Shown here: one piece after another, positions 1 to 11,999 of the stretch
Position numbering within the stretch: position 1 is the first letter of the stretch
Layout of the letters: each line of letters opens with the position of its first letter
NCBI RefSeq assembly: GCF_048593235.1
Contig: NC_133617.1
Location: 627,668,958 to 627,732,957, forward strand
Direction: 5' to 3'
Source: Sminthopsis crassicaudata
Taxonomy: Eukaryota
Length of the DNA stretch: 64,000 nucleotides
Made by a program: the position numbers and the translations under genes
Notes under the pieces: model-generated
Database searches by the model: none
Told to the model about the DNA's origin: nothing
What the model saw: only the letters and a program-made list of their open reading frames with translations

Positions 1-282
1 CCTTGACATGTCAAAAAAAATTTGATCAGGGAAAAAAAGAAGTCTTTTCTCCAGGTAGCACCCCATTGTGTAGATGACTTGGGAAGGATCATACACCATT
101 CACATCACCCTGGGTCTCTCACCCTCCAGGGCTCTTGGTCCCTGGCATGTATAGCTCTTCTTCCAGACTGACTAGGTTCCTGGGGAAGAAACTGTAATTT
201 CCCCAAGCTGGCCACGAAGGCCTGGAGTGCCAACCTTAGTAGTACCCATGGTAAAGGATTATGGGAAGGGAGGATGAGACAG

Positions 283-425
283 GGAAAGCCCCCTATAGTT
301 TCCTTCTCACTGCCAGGGAACTAGCTGGGAAATCCCACAGGCTGTAAATGGAAAATGGCAGTAACTGCCTTCGGGAAAAATAAGAAACCCCCAATACGCC
401 TCCCCTGCCAATGATGGGAAATCCA
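283..425. promoter_or_regulatory. Cluster of three NF-kB-type sites about 0.9-1.05 kb upstream of IL27
   Basis: GGGGCTTTCC on the minus strand (283-292), perfect GGGAAATCCC (327-336) and near-match GGGAAATCCA (416-425). The first two fit GGGRNWYYCC exactly. Confidence 0.5.
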
Positions 426-1244
426 GGGGAAGAGAAGGACAGGAAGATGAAGGCAATTCTGGAATCTTAATGCGCTGGAAGCTGAACAACTGTAAGGGTC
501 ATAAGCAGGGAGAGCAGCGACCTAATCTCAGCCATACCCCTAACTTTGGTCATTATTTGAATCTTGAACACCAACCATCCCACGATCAGGAAAAGACTCA
601 TTTTGTAATCCCACAGATTTTCTTTTAATCCCAGCCACAGACTACACCCTCATTTTGGTCATATAATAACTCCAACTGTGGCCACAAAATGACTCAATCC
701 TAGCCTTAAATTGACCCCGATCTAACCACTGACTCCTAATTTGACCATAAAAGGGTGCTGGCCATGGATTAATTCCCTAACATTCACCATAGTTTGATAC
801 CTAAGCAGAGGGTCTTAAACTATCTACAATCTTAAAAAGAATCAGTGTGAATCCTTGTTTCCTTCCACTCTTTGGGGAGGGATGCCCACAAAACTTTTCT
901 CATAGCTGACTGGTCAATGTCATTTAATGAAAAAGACAGCCTCCTAGAAATATATAAGAAATGGGCAGGTAATTTAAGTCTGTGGGAGAAACAGATGGAT
1001 ATATCATGCTGTTAGTGCAGCAAGTGTTCTATTTAAGTAATCTGAACTAGTTAAGAATTCTGAGATGAGATGATCCAGAGAAATGAACTGGAGGTGGTAA
1101 ATGGGAGAGAGGAAGAGCTGAGTCCTAGTTACCTAAGCAGGAAGCTGGTCCATGATTCCATCCCCTTTGTTGCCAAGAAAACTCCGGCCCCCCTGACTAT
1201 GGGAAGGGAAATTACATTTCCCCATTTCAGAGGAGTTTGAGAGT

Positions 1245-1304
1245 GAAGCTGAAAGTGTAAGTAGTAGAGAAACTGAAAGTGGGGGCTGGCCCCCCGTATA
1301 AGAA
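1245..1304 (+). promoter_or_regulatory. IL27 proximal promoter: tandem IRF/ISRE elements plus TATA box
   Basis: GAAGCTGAAAGT (1245-1256), GAAACTGAAAGT (1269-1280) and TATAAGAA (1297-1304), about 50 nt upstream of the IL27 ATG. p28 is known to be induced through a proximal IRF element. Confidence 0.7.
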
Positions 1305-1348
1305 CTCCAAGAGGGGGGGATGGCTGGTAAGAAAGACATTGCCAGAAG

Positions 1349-2735
1349 ATGAGAGACGGGAGCTGGCGTGAGTTAATGGAATAGGGAGTAGACTAAATAA
1401 GCCTCTGAAATTGAGGGATTTGGGGATGAGGGTTGGAGAAACATGATTGTAGAAGCCAAGAAGCTTGTGGTATAGAACAAAGGACCAAGAGAAAAGATTC
1501 CTTGAAAGAAAAGAGGGTAGACTATGGGGTGGCAAGAAGTTGGGGCTCTAGTTATACTGGAAAGAGGTTGGGAGGCAGGCAGTGTCCTCCCAATAGTGGA
1601 ACATAGAGTTGGGGGGCAAGGGGAGAACAAGATGTGTAATGAAACTACAGCTCAAGCCTGGATGGAAGAAACCGTTTTATTTGGTTCCATGAAATCTTGG
1701 CGTTTGAGATGTAAAAATGGACTATTTAGGTGCCAGCTTTTGGTTATAAAATCTCTAGGTAAACAGGTTTTTCTATTTGAGTTTCAGGCTGTGTGACTGC
1801 CATCTCACAAAGTTGATTCTTTGTAGGGGGAAAGGTAGTAGTGCTAGACTTTTTGTTCAGAGCAGTATTAAATTGAGATCTAACAACTAAGACTCAGAGT
1901 GGTACCTCATCCCAAGTGTAGGACTGTCTGGTAGACCTAGTTGAGTGATGATACTTTCAAGTTTCTCGATCCCATCTGAAGGGCTTCTCATGTACCTGAG
2001 ATGGGAAGAGTAATAAGTCATCTTGGGTACTAGAATCCAGAATGAACTAGAAAATGGAAGGGACAAGAAAAGAAAAATGCCAAGTCAAGGTAAAAGAGAT
2101 AGAAATTATTTATCTGGAGAGAGGGATGGTTAGAATATGGACAAGGATGAGATCAAGGGAAATTTTGGTTTGTTTTTCTAGGAGAATTGGGTAACTCCAG
2201 TAATTACAAGATTAACTGAAAGATAAGCCCTAGACCACCAATTCTTTCAGATTCCTGTCCCTCTTCCCCATTCCTGCTCTGCCTCTCCTGCTAATCTTTA
2301 TTCCCCTTTCCCAACCCCTAATCCTGTTCATCCAAACCTTTTTCCCTTTCTCTAACTTCCATCTTCTGTCTCTTCCTCTGATCCATACTACTTTTCCCTT
2401 TTTAGTCCTGTTTTTACCTTCCCATTACTCCTATGTTCAGTTCCATACCTTAGTACCCCTCTCCAACTCTCATTCCATTTCCAAACCTTCAATTTTCTGC
2501 CCTTTCATCTCCCACCCCATCCTTCTGATCCTTTTCTTTTTCTTTTTTACATCAACATTCATGTTTTTTTGTTATTACTCCAACCCTCATCCCTTTGTCC
2601 CCCACCCTTTTTCCTGCCTCTATGTGGTCTGTCAATTAATAAAGGTTAGTAAACATTGAAGTGCCTTCAATGAGAACTGAGGGAAGTATAAGAATTAAAT
2701 AAAGCAGACCTTGCTCTCATTGATGGAACTCACAA

Positions 2736-2798
<63 letters not shown>

Positions 2799-4490
2799 CT
2801 TTTCCATCTCCTGATAGTTTTATCCTCAGTCCTTTCCTCACCACAGCCTGTTCTGTTCTGATCTTTATCCCCTAGATCCTTTTACCTCTGATGTGGTAAA
2901 TCAGGAGGGAATCCAATATATTCTGGGAAGTTGGAGTGATTCCAATCTTATTGGGTTTACCCCCATCTCATCTATCTCAGCCAGATAAAAGGAAGCCCAA
3001 ACTCAAGTTCCTTTGTATTAGGATGGCTTAGGAATCCTGGGATGCCCTAGGATATTTTGGGAGCCTTAGAGCAAGCTAATCTTTCTCAAAGTCCACTAAA
3101 GTTTGAGCTAGCTGTGCTCAGTGTCCCTGGTGCTCCTCTTCAGCTCCCCATTCACTCCTTTCTCCCCTGTTCTACTTCCCTCTGATCTCATGTTCTCCTC
3201 CATTTTTCAAGGGCTTAATCTCTTGCTGCTCTCCTTGCTCCTGAACAAGGCTGTCACCTGCGGGTTCCCATGGCCTCGAAGGCAACCTCCCCATGGTTTG
3301 CTGGACATGAGGAGTGAGTTCAAGATCAGCCTGAGGCTTGCCAGAAAGCTGCTTTCAGAGATCCGGGGTATTGCCCATCTCTTTGTGAGTCATCAGAATC
3401 CAATTGACTAAGGAATGGAAAAACTTGCTGAGACTCGTTTGGCAGGAGGTTGGCAAGGGAAGCCACCTTGGAGAGCCCCCTGTTAATCTTTTGCTTATAC
3501 AGGCAGATACACACCTGGTTGGAGTATCTTTGGACTTTCTTCCCCTGAGGGAACAACTTCCCAATGTCACCATGACATTCAAGACCTGGCTCCAACTTTC
3601 AGTGAGTTAGAGAAGAGGATCTGCCATCAGGGTTGAGGTTGAAGAGGCTCCTGAAGATGAGGGTGGATTTTGGGCTTTTGTGGGAGATTGATAATTGATG
3701 AGGCACTGAGATAGGGGATGAGACTTAAGGTGGATAAGAGAGGATGGAGGAGGTTTGAAGGGCTGAAACATGGGATGAGGTTAAGGATAGGATGGGGAGA
3801 GTGATGAAGGTCTAAGATGGGATTGGGAATGAAGGATGAGGAGGGGTTTGAAAGAATTGCACAGATGAGGGAATAAAGTGGGTGGGCTAGAGATAAATAA
3901 AGTGGGTGACTAAGATGACCTCATGAGTCAAAGCCTGAATTCATTGTCGAGAATTTTTGATCTCTTGCCTTAACCCTATTTCCATTTCTGATTCTTTCTT
4001 TCCCAGGACCCAGATCGACTCTGTTTGCTTTCCAGCCTTCTGGGCCACTTCCAGGCTCCTCTAGGAGAATTAGAGGGCCACCAGGGCTGGAAGGGATCCT
4101 TGAGGAAACGGGTTTGGACTGCCCAGCTGGACCTTCGGGACCTGCGGTCACATCTCCGTTTTCAGGTCTGGCCACTCCTCTATGCTCTAGGTTCACTGAT
4201 TTCCTGAGTAACTCCCTGCTTTTACCCTGGTCTATGCGACTCACTTGATTCCTTGTCTCTTGTCATAGATGAAGGCTATAGGATACAGTCCTCGGGAGGA
4301 TGAGGAAGCACTGGGTCCGGAGGAGAAGGCCTTAAGAAGAGTTTCTCTCACTGTGCACCAGGTCTCCTGGCCACAACTCCTGAGTACCTACCAGCTTCTC
4401 CGATCCCTGGAGCTTGTCCTTGCCAGAGGTGTCCGGGATTTCCTTCTGCTCTCAAAGGGAGTCGCTCAATTGAAGTCCCTGGCTACTTAA
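1349..4490 (+). CDS. IL27: Interleukin-27 subunit alpha (p28), 5 coding exons
   Basis: Exons 1349-1367 (MRDGSW), 3212-3384 (RLNLLLLSLLL...EFKISLRLARKLLSEIRGIAHLF), 3503-3601, 4007-4165 (DPDRLC...QLDLRDLRSHLRFQ) and 4269-4490 (VSWPQLLSTYQLLRSLELVLARGVRDFLLLSK). All introns are GT-AG with phases 1,0,0,0, and the motifs match human p28. Confidence 0.97.
2740..2797. repeat. (CA)n microsatellite, about 29 units, in IL27 intron 1
   Basis: Directly visible perfect dinucleotide run. Confidence 0.97.
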
Positions 4491-4732
4491 GAAGTACAGC
4501 TTCCCACCAAGGAGTAATGCTCTCCTCCTACCTGTGTCACACCACCCTCCCTTACATTTGGTTTCCAACCTGAGGCCAAACCCCCTGCTATGAGCCAGCT
4601 AGGAGAGAGAGCTCCAGTTCCAGCTCCAGTTCCCTTCCCCTGCCAGTGATATCATCTCTGCTCAGGAAACTGTGGCATGTGCCCCTTTGGTTCTCTCTCG
4701 CCTCATCCACTTGAGCCCATTCCCATCCCATA

Positions 4733-4915
4733 ATTTAAGAGCCTTCAAGTTCACGCAAGATATTTATTTCTTGGATATTTATTTATTTTTCAGGAAAGTG
4801 CTGATTGTATTTATTCTTTTTTGGAAAAAAAAATTGGGGATAGTCTTCCTTTTGCTCCCTTGAGGAACCCAGAGAGTGAGATCAAATACTCATTCTTGGG
4901 CAACCTAGTAATAAA
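4733..4915 (+). promoter_or_regulatory. IL27 3' UTR AU-rich elements and poly(A) signal
   Basis: About five ATTTA pentamers in 4733-4815, including overlapping TATTTATTTATTT; AATAAA at 4910-4915. Confidence 0.7.
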
Positions 4916-5581
4916 CACTTTCAACCCCTCTTTCTCTTTTTCTTCTCTGAGCACATAAGTCCTCTGGGTAGACCCCCACATCAGGAAGTATGGTTTACCT
5001 GGTAATGGGAAAATAGAAGGGAGAAATGCAAAAGGAGATCAAAGCAGAGAGCCTTCAAAGGCAAAGTGCCCATGATCATCTGCTACTCCCTCATTGCCAT
5101 TGCTTTGGGCTTGGCCCAGCTGCGTGGCTCTTTGTGGCAACCAGCCTTGCTAGGATTTTAACAAGTGTCCCAGTGCTTCTCAGGGCCAGAGCTTCTGCCT
5201 TGGGATGGAGCCATGTTCAGTGTCTCTGCTTGGCCCTCTTCCCTGGTCCTCTGAAGGTACCCCAAACAACTCAGCTCCAGGCAGCCCGGGCTGGTATTGA
5301 TTCTAGAATCCCTGGTCTGCTAGTACACTCCTTCTCCCCACCACTTCTTGTCTAGAAAGTATGGAGGTAATAGCCCATCTCTGGAACCCATATCCTGAGA
5401 GGAAATGAGGCTTCCTAAAGTAACAGGGATAATAGGCAGATAACACAAGTGAAAGTCAAAACCCCAGAATTACATCTGATCTGTGAGCAGATGCTACAAT
5501 AACTTTCTAAGGGTCTAGTTTTGTGTTCAAGGATGGGTGGAAGTAATGATGGTCATAAAGGCTTCAGAAATAGCCTATGAA

Positions 5582-5647
5582 CTTCCTAGCTGTGTGACCC
5601 TGGGCAAGTCACTTAACCCAATTGCCTCAGCAAAAAAAAAAAAAAAA
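5582..5647 (+). mobile_element. 5'-truncated WSINE1-like CORE-SINE with A16 tail and TSD
   Basis: CTTCCTAGCTGTGTGACCCTGGGCAAGTCACTTAACCCAATTGCCTCAGC followed by A16; direct repeat AGCCTATGAA at 5572-5581 and 5647-5656. Confidence 0.85.
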
Positions 5648-5911
5648 GCCTATGAATGCAAGTCTCTTTAATTCTCCCTTCAGCCTGCTGCTTCTCCCCC
5701 TTCCCCCCATCCCCACCAATTCCACATTATCTGGGCAAGATAGGAAAAGCTACCAAGGGCTGGGCTTCCCTTCTAGGGATTAGAACACAGGAATAGAAGT
5801 CACCATGAGGTAGGGAGATCATCTCAGGCTTGAAGATGGGGTTGTGGCAAGAACAAACAGGGGGAGGGAAGAGGGGGAAATGAGAGGGGTATTAGACTGA
5901 TGGACTTCAGG

Positions 5912-8900
5912 TCACTGTGGCTTGGGCCGTCCCAGACGAGCCTGTAGTTCCTGCATCATGTTGGGGTGAGCAAGGCCAAACCTGAGGGAGCAAAGAGGAT
6001 CACGAAGAGTTAATGAATTATGATTGGATCCCAAAGATTGGTTTTTTCCTCCTTCATCAACCTTGCCCACTTCTTACCCATGGCCTAGGGGCCGTTTCCT
6101 TGCTGTCACTGGGGTCCCCTCTGCCTTAGGGGGACTTGGCACTGCAGTTTCCTCGGATTGGAGCAATCTCAGTTTTGAACCTGGGGACCCTTCATTGGGA
6201 AGAGAGCCCAGAGACTCATCACCATCATCACTGTCACCCTGCTTTGGTGCTGGTGCCCTTCGAAAAGAGGGTCGTGATCGGCGTTGGGAGGCGTTTCTGG
6301 AGAGGAGAACTCGACTTCTGGGAATGGAGAGGTCCAGGCACGGACCAGGAATGGGGGCCTGCGGGAAAGCGGAAGACAGGAATTTTGGGGTCATGTCCAA
6401 GGTTTGGCCCTAACTAGACCTTGGAATCTTTCTCATTGACATTATGAGGTACTTTATCATTAATATTAATAATGATGATTTAAATTTTAATTATATTTTA
6501 CACTTGTGTAATACTTTACATCTTTCAAAATCCTTTTCACATCATCTCACCTCATTCCAGCTACTGTGGGCTTCAGCAGGATTAGGTTCAGGGGACAGTC
6601 TTATTGTTATTGTGCTGGTGGGTGCTGTGGCTTCTGATCCCCCGCTTTCTGAAGCTTCCAAGGCTCCAGAATCTATAATTGCAACTTCCTTTGTTCCTCT
6701 GCCTTGACCAGGCTCTGCTTTCTGTAAGTCCCAGCCACTTCCAGGTTTCTCACTGGATTCCCAGGCTCCAGGAGCTTCTGAATCCTTGTCTCCATCTCTC
6801 CATCTCTCTGTATCACAGCACTTGGCAGGCTCCAACTCCTCCCTGTTTCCATCTCCTTGCCTGCTTGCCATCATCATCACTGCCTCCAGCCTCCTGCCTC
6901 CATTAGTCTCCACTTCCTCCATGGACTGATTGTCCATGGAAGTTTCTCCCTCTACAGCATGGCTCCCCCAAGCCTCGGCCTCTGTCTGGGTGTCTCCCTC
7001 ACACTGTGTCTCTTCCTCCAGGGGCCAGGTACTCACACTCTGGTCCCCATCAAGCTCCTGCTGGCTTTCCCTGTTTCCCTGGCCCTTTTCAGGCTTTTCC
7101 TCTGACTTGCCTTGTCCTTCCATCTCTTCCCCCCTCCCAAGCTTCACTTCCGTGTTGGTCATTGCCATCTGTCTCTCTACTCCCTGATAAAAGGCAAAGT
7201 TCTCCTTCTCACACGTGCTCCCTGCCTCCTCTTTCTCAGCTCTCCAGGATTCTTGGGCTTTTGCTGAACCTATTTCTTGTTCTCCCTCAGACCCTTTCTC
7301 CTCCCTTTCCCAGGTTCTCCCAATCTCTGATTCTATTATAACTTGGTCTCTATCAGTCATTCTCCCTGCTGTATGCCATTCTTCAGTTCCTTCAACCTCC
7401 GGGAAGCCTTCCTCTAGTGCTTTCCTAACTCCAACCTCTAACCAATTTGAACCCGGAATTTCTCTAACCTCCCTAATTTCTTGGCTGATTGCCTCTTCTG
7501 TGTCCCAGTCTCTCTTGATTTCCTTCCAGTTTCTTTTTACCTTCTGCTCTGTCTCCTGGCTTCTTCTATCATCAGACCCCTTTAAACTCAGCCCTGACCC
7601 CTCTTTTTCTCTCTCAGTGTCCCATAGGCTTCTGGCATTTCCTTGCCAAACTTCAGCTTCTCTCTCCATTGTACTGCTGCTTTTGCCCCCTCTCTCCTGA
7701 CTTCCCCCAGTCTCCTTCATCTGCTGGCTTCCTATGACCTCTCCTTCTACCTCCCAGTATTCTTTAGCTTCTGTTGCTTCCCTTTCCTGGAGTTTGCTGA
7801 CTTCAGACTCTCCCACTTTATGGCCTCTACCACCCTGGGCCTCTTGGCCTCCCTCAAGCTCCTTTTCCTCCATCTCTGGTTCTGCTGTTCCAGCCTCTCT
7901 GGTTCCCCAGCCAGTATTAACTTCTGCTGTTGGGACTTCTTGCTCTTTGAACTCTTGGCTTTCTTTAGCCTCCTGGTTTCCCTGGTCGTCTCTAGTCTGG
8001 GGAGTAAAAACTTTTTCCTCATCCTCACTGCCTCCCTTGTCTTTTATTTCCATCACTTGGCAGCTCTCAAATTCCCCTTCCATTGTCTTCCAGCCTTCTA
8101 CTGCGATGGAATCTTGCTTCTTCACTTCTTGGACATTTCCATTCTCTCTGTCCTTAATATTTGGGGCACTATAGGTTCTTATCTCACAGCCCTCCAAAAT
8201 CTTTTTCTCTGAAATTCTGAATGGTTCTTCCTCCTCTTTTCCTTTGAGTTCTTCTTCCATTAGATCCTGAACTTTGCTAGGCTCTCTCTCTGTCTCTTGG
8301 GCTCTCCCAGTTTCTGCTTCCATGTTCCAGTTTGCCCCAATCTTGTCAGAGTCCCGGTCTTGGCTTTCCTCATCCTTTGCTTCCAGCTCTTGGCTTTTTC
8401 CTACCTCTTCCTCTCTCATTATCTTGGCTCTCCTTACTTCTTTTTCTGGTCTTGTTACCAAGGTCTCATCTGAGTCAGCTATTCTTTCTGTCTGCTCAAC
8501 CTCCTGGGAGCTCCCAGCTTCTAGTTTACAGTCTCCCATGACTTCTTCAGCTTCCACTGACTCTATCTCTCCGCTCCTACTAATATTATCTAGTGTTCCC
8601 TCCCATATCTTAGTCTCCTTAATGTCCTGACCTATGGTTTGCCCTGACTGATTCTCACAATGCTCCCCAGCTTTTCCCTCCAAGCCTGAACTTCCTTCAA
8701 CTTCTACCTCTGATTCTAGAACTTGTACAATCTCCCTTTTTTCTAGGACCCAGAAATCTGCCACTTCTTCCTCTCTCTCTGTTCTTTGGATTGGAACTTG
8801 CTTTGGGGATGAGCTTTCCTCAGTCTGTCTCTCCTCCTCTTTCTTCCTTTCCAAATCTTCCCCAGGAGTCTCTTCTGTGTCCCAGCCTCTTTGAATCACT

Positions 8901-10766
8901 TGCACATTCCATTTTGTACCGCTCTCCTTATCCTCTGCTTTCCAGGCTTCCTCGTCTTCTTTTTTGGGAATTGTTTCTGCTGCCCTTAACCTTACAACTT
9001 CCCTGGATTCAGCTTTCTCCATGACTGAAGTTATCCAGACCTCAGATATTACATTGTCTCCTCTCTCAGCCTCTTCTCCTGGTTCCTGGCCTCCCTGTAG
9101 CTTTTCTAGATCTTTCTCTATGGGATTTAGCCCTTGGACTTCCAAAGCCACTTCCTGGTCCATTTCCTTTTTTTCACATCTGATCCCAATCTTCTGGGCC
9201 TCCGGAGCTTCTCTGATCTTATGCTTCTCCCCCTCCTGTTTTTCAATTATCCTATCTTTCCCAAATTCTCCCTGCACAGCTCCATTAGGTGCCTTCTTGA
9301 TCTCATGACTTTTCCTGGTTTCCATTCCTATCTTCTGACCATGACCTTTTTTCATCCTTTGTGCTTTCTCACCTTCTTTTGCCTCTTGCCAGTCTCTGAC
9401 ATTTCCTTCCATCTCCTGGGCTGGCCTATCCTTTTCCTTCTCCCAGATTATTCGATTTTCAGATTCCACCCCCAAGGTTATCAAAGCCCTTCCTTCAAGA
9501 TCTCCTGGCTTTATCTCCTCCATTTCTTCCTTCTGTTCTCCCCCAGGCTCAGTTTCCTCCCCTTTCCAGTAGTTCTCAGCCTTCCCTACACTGACTTCCT
9601 TTTTGCTGGAGTTCTGATTTTTCTTGCCTTGTGCTTTTAGCTCTTCGCCACCCTTTTCTTCCGAGGCAAACCCTTTTGTTCCCAAGTATTCTTCAGCCAA
9701 GATCCCTTCCTTTTTGCATTCTCTAGCCTCCACTGCACCTGTCTTTTGTCCTTGCTTGGGCTCTGCCCCCATCATACACCAAGCTTCTCGGACCTCCACC
9801 TTGTGGTTCCCTCTGATCTCTCCTTTAGCCTCTTTGGAATTCTTGTTGCTGCTGTCCCAAGTTGTATAGACCCCGGTCATGTCCTCATCCAGGTCTACCC
9901 CAGCTTCTTTTCCTATCTTCCAGATTTCCTCAGCTTCTGATTCCTGTATTCTCCTGGCTTTTTTTTCTTCCCCTTTATCCCAAGCCTCTCTTGTCTCTGA
10001 CCCTCTAGAGAAAAAAGTATCTTCCAGATCTCTGATCACTTCTCCCTTTTCCAGTGTTTCCTTAGGCGCCTCATCTTGCCAGCTTCCTCCTGCAGGCATT
10101 TCCCTGAGCTCTTTCCCTCGGTCCCCATCTCTCGTGCTGAGGCTCCCTCCCTCTGCAGAGGGAACTGTGTCCCCTAAGAAGTAGGAAGCAAAGGTGCTTA
10201 GTGAGTCCTGGAATGAGAAAAGGAGACAGAGGTGAGGTATGAGGGCAAGGAAGAAGACCTCAACTTTTTCTTCCAGTCACATTATGATTTTTTTTGGGGG
10301 GGAGATACCCCGGGTACAGGATAAGAAGAGTAAGGAGTTCAGGGGAGAGGGTATTTCAACAGAAAGAGACCGAAAGAAAGCAGACTTCGGAGCACAAAGG
10401 GAAAGTAACTGTGAGAGGTCTTCAAAGTGGAGGAAGGAAACTGGGTGCTGTAAATCCTGCAGCGAGAGGAAGGACAACATGGACCACAGACAAAAAGAAA
10501 AGTGCGTCTATGTTGAGAGGGAAGGTGATGGTATCAGGAAAACTGGAAGAAACAAGAGACAGAGATGAGTTTCCAGGAGGAAAAGGATCTTTTAAATGGG
10601 ACAGGGATCTTGGGGGAGGAGGGTAAGAAATCTGATCCCCAAAGCATAGATCTAGGATTCTGGGATGGGAAAGGGGTCTACAACCCTGGCATCTCCTTGC
10701 CCCTCTCACCAGAGCCTCCCTCAGGGCACGGTGCACCCCAGGGAAGTGAAGCCTCAGGAGATCCAT
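5912..10766 (-). CDS. APOBR: Apolipoprotein B receptor, 4 exons, about 1354 aa, acidic low-complexity
   Basis: Exons 10766-10710 (MDLLRLHFPGVHRALREAL), 10207-6551 (DSLSTFASYFLGDTVP..., 3657 nt, ends SWNE|GTGAGA), 6358-6078 (LDLSIPRSRVLLSR...RRSRPSFRR...GTPVTARKRPLGH) and 5981-5912 (GFGLAHPNMMQELQARLGRPKPQ*). The termini match human APOBR, and the position is tail-to-tail with IL27 and head-to-head with CLN3, as in human. Confidence 0.95.
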
Positions 10767-11999
10767 CTCTCTGTCCTGTGTCCACCCAGGAAGCCTGTAA
10801 TGATCTTCCCCTCCCCAGTCATCCTGCCTTCCCCTAGGGCTGCTACTTCCTTTTCTGCCCTGACCCCTCCCATTCACCCCCAACACCACAGGCTTTAGAG
10901 TCCAGTACTTCCACCAGCACAAACCTGTCAACCTCCACCTAGTCTGCCTTTAAATCTCCGAGCTGTAAATGCATGAGGGGTAGGTGCAGGATGCAAACGG
11001 GGGGGGGGGGGGGGCAGAGGGCAAATGGGGTGGAGAGAAAAGAAAAACGCAGAAAGCTGCAAGATTGGAGCAACATGGAAACTAACGCTTGGTGACTCAA
11101 GGCCTGTGCTCACACACCTCAGCCGTTTCAGCACCCCCTCCTCAACTCAAACCACAGGCCCTTCTGGGAGAGGAAGTTGGGGTTTGTGGCTCCTGCTTCC
11201 ATCTAAGACGAGAGACTGAGTGGGGGGAGGGGAAAGAAACAGAGAAGGGTGAGTTTTGTGCCTGTGGGAAGTCAAGGCAATGGTTACCGGGTCCACCTTA
11301 ATCCCTCCAGCCTTACTGGTGAAATTTCCCAGTGTGGTCCCCATGGGCCCATGTTAACATTTAGGTCACTGATGAGAGGGCAGAAAATGGCATATTAGAA
11401 GTACTTCAAGAAACAGAGGTCACATTAACCTAGGGGCTTCTGATTTATGTAAGAAATGAGAAAAGAAAAAAAGAACTGAAATAGTCCTGGGTTAGGGACT
11501 TAAAAAAAAAAAAAAAAAAAAGTTGAATCCCCTCTTCTCCAGAGGTCAAAGACCACCAACAGATGGCAGTAGAGCTCAGGGGAGATCAACTGAGGACCTC
11601 TGTATTTATCACATATGGATGACATCACCAGAATAGAAAACATCAGCATCCTCTGGGGTAGAAACAAGTACAGAGGCAGAGAATTCTAATCAGGATGACA
11701 GGAGAATATTGATATGTAGAAAAAATATGTGCCTGTGCATGAGCAAAAGTAGTGGAGGTGGGGTTCTCATTTATCTTGCTAGGCTATTTAAATCTCTTTT
11801 AAACTAATATGTCTTCTGGCTGGTGTAATAAAAAGGGACTTCAGTACAAAAGTGAGGATTTTGAACAGATGCTGACCTAAAGCATGCTTTCAGTCTGGGG
11901 TTACTTTTTTGGGACCCTGTATTCAAGAGAATTCTGGAACACATAGTGGTGGGGCCATTAAGGGGTAGTCAGGTCAGGGCACTGAGTTCTTATTTCCCC

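Noticed and set aside
4763-4815. Overlap of the APOBR and IL27 3' UTRs through AATAAA on the minus strand
   Set aside because: These hexamers are by-products of IL27 AU-rich elements, and a nearer ATTAAA exists at 5672-5667.
6679-10184. Many plus-strand Ser/Leu/Phe-rich ORFs
   Set aside because: They are antisense shadows of the purine-rich APOBR exon.
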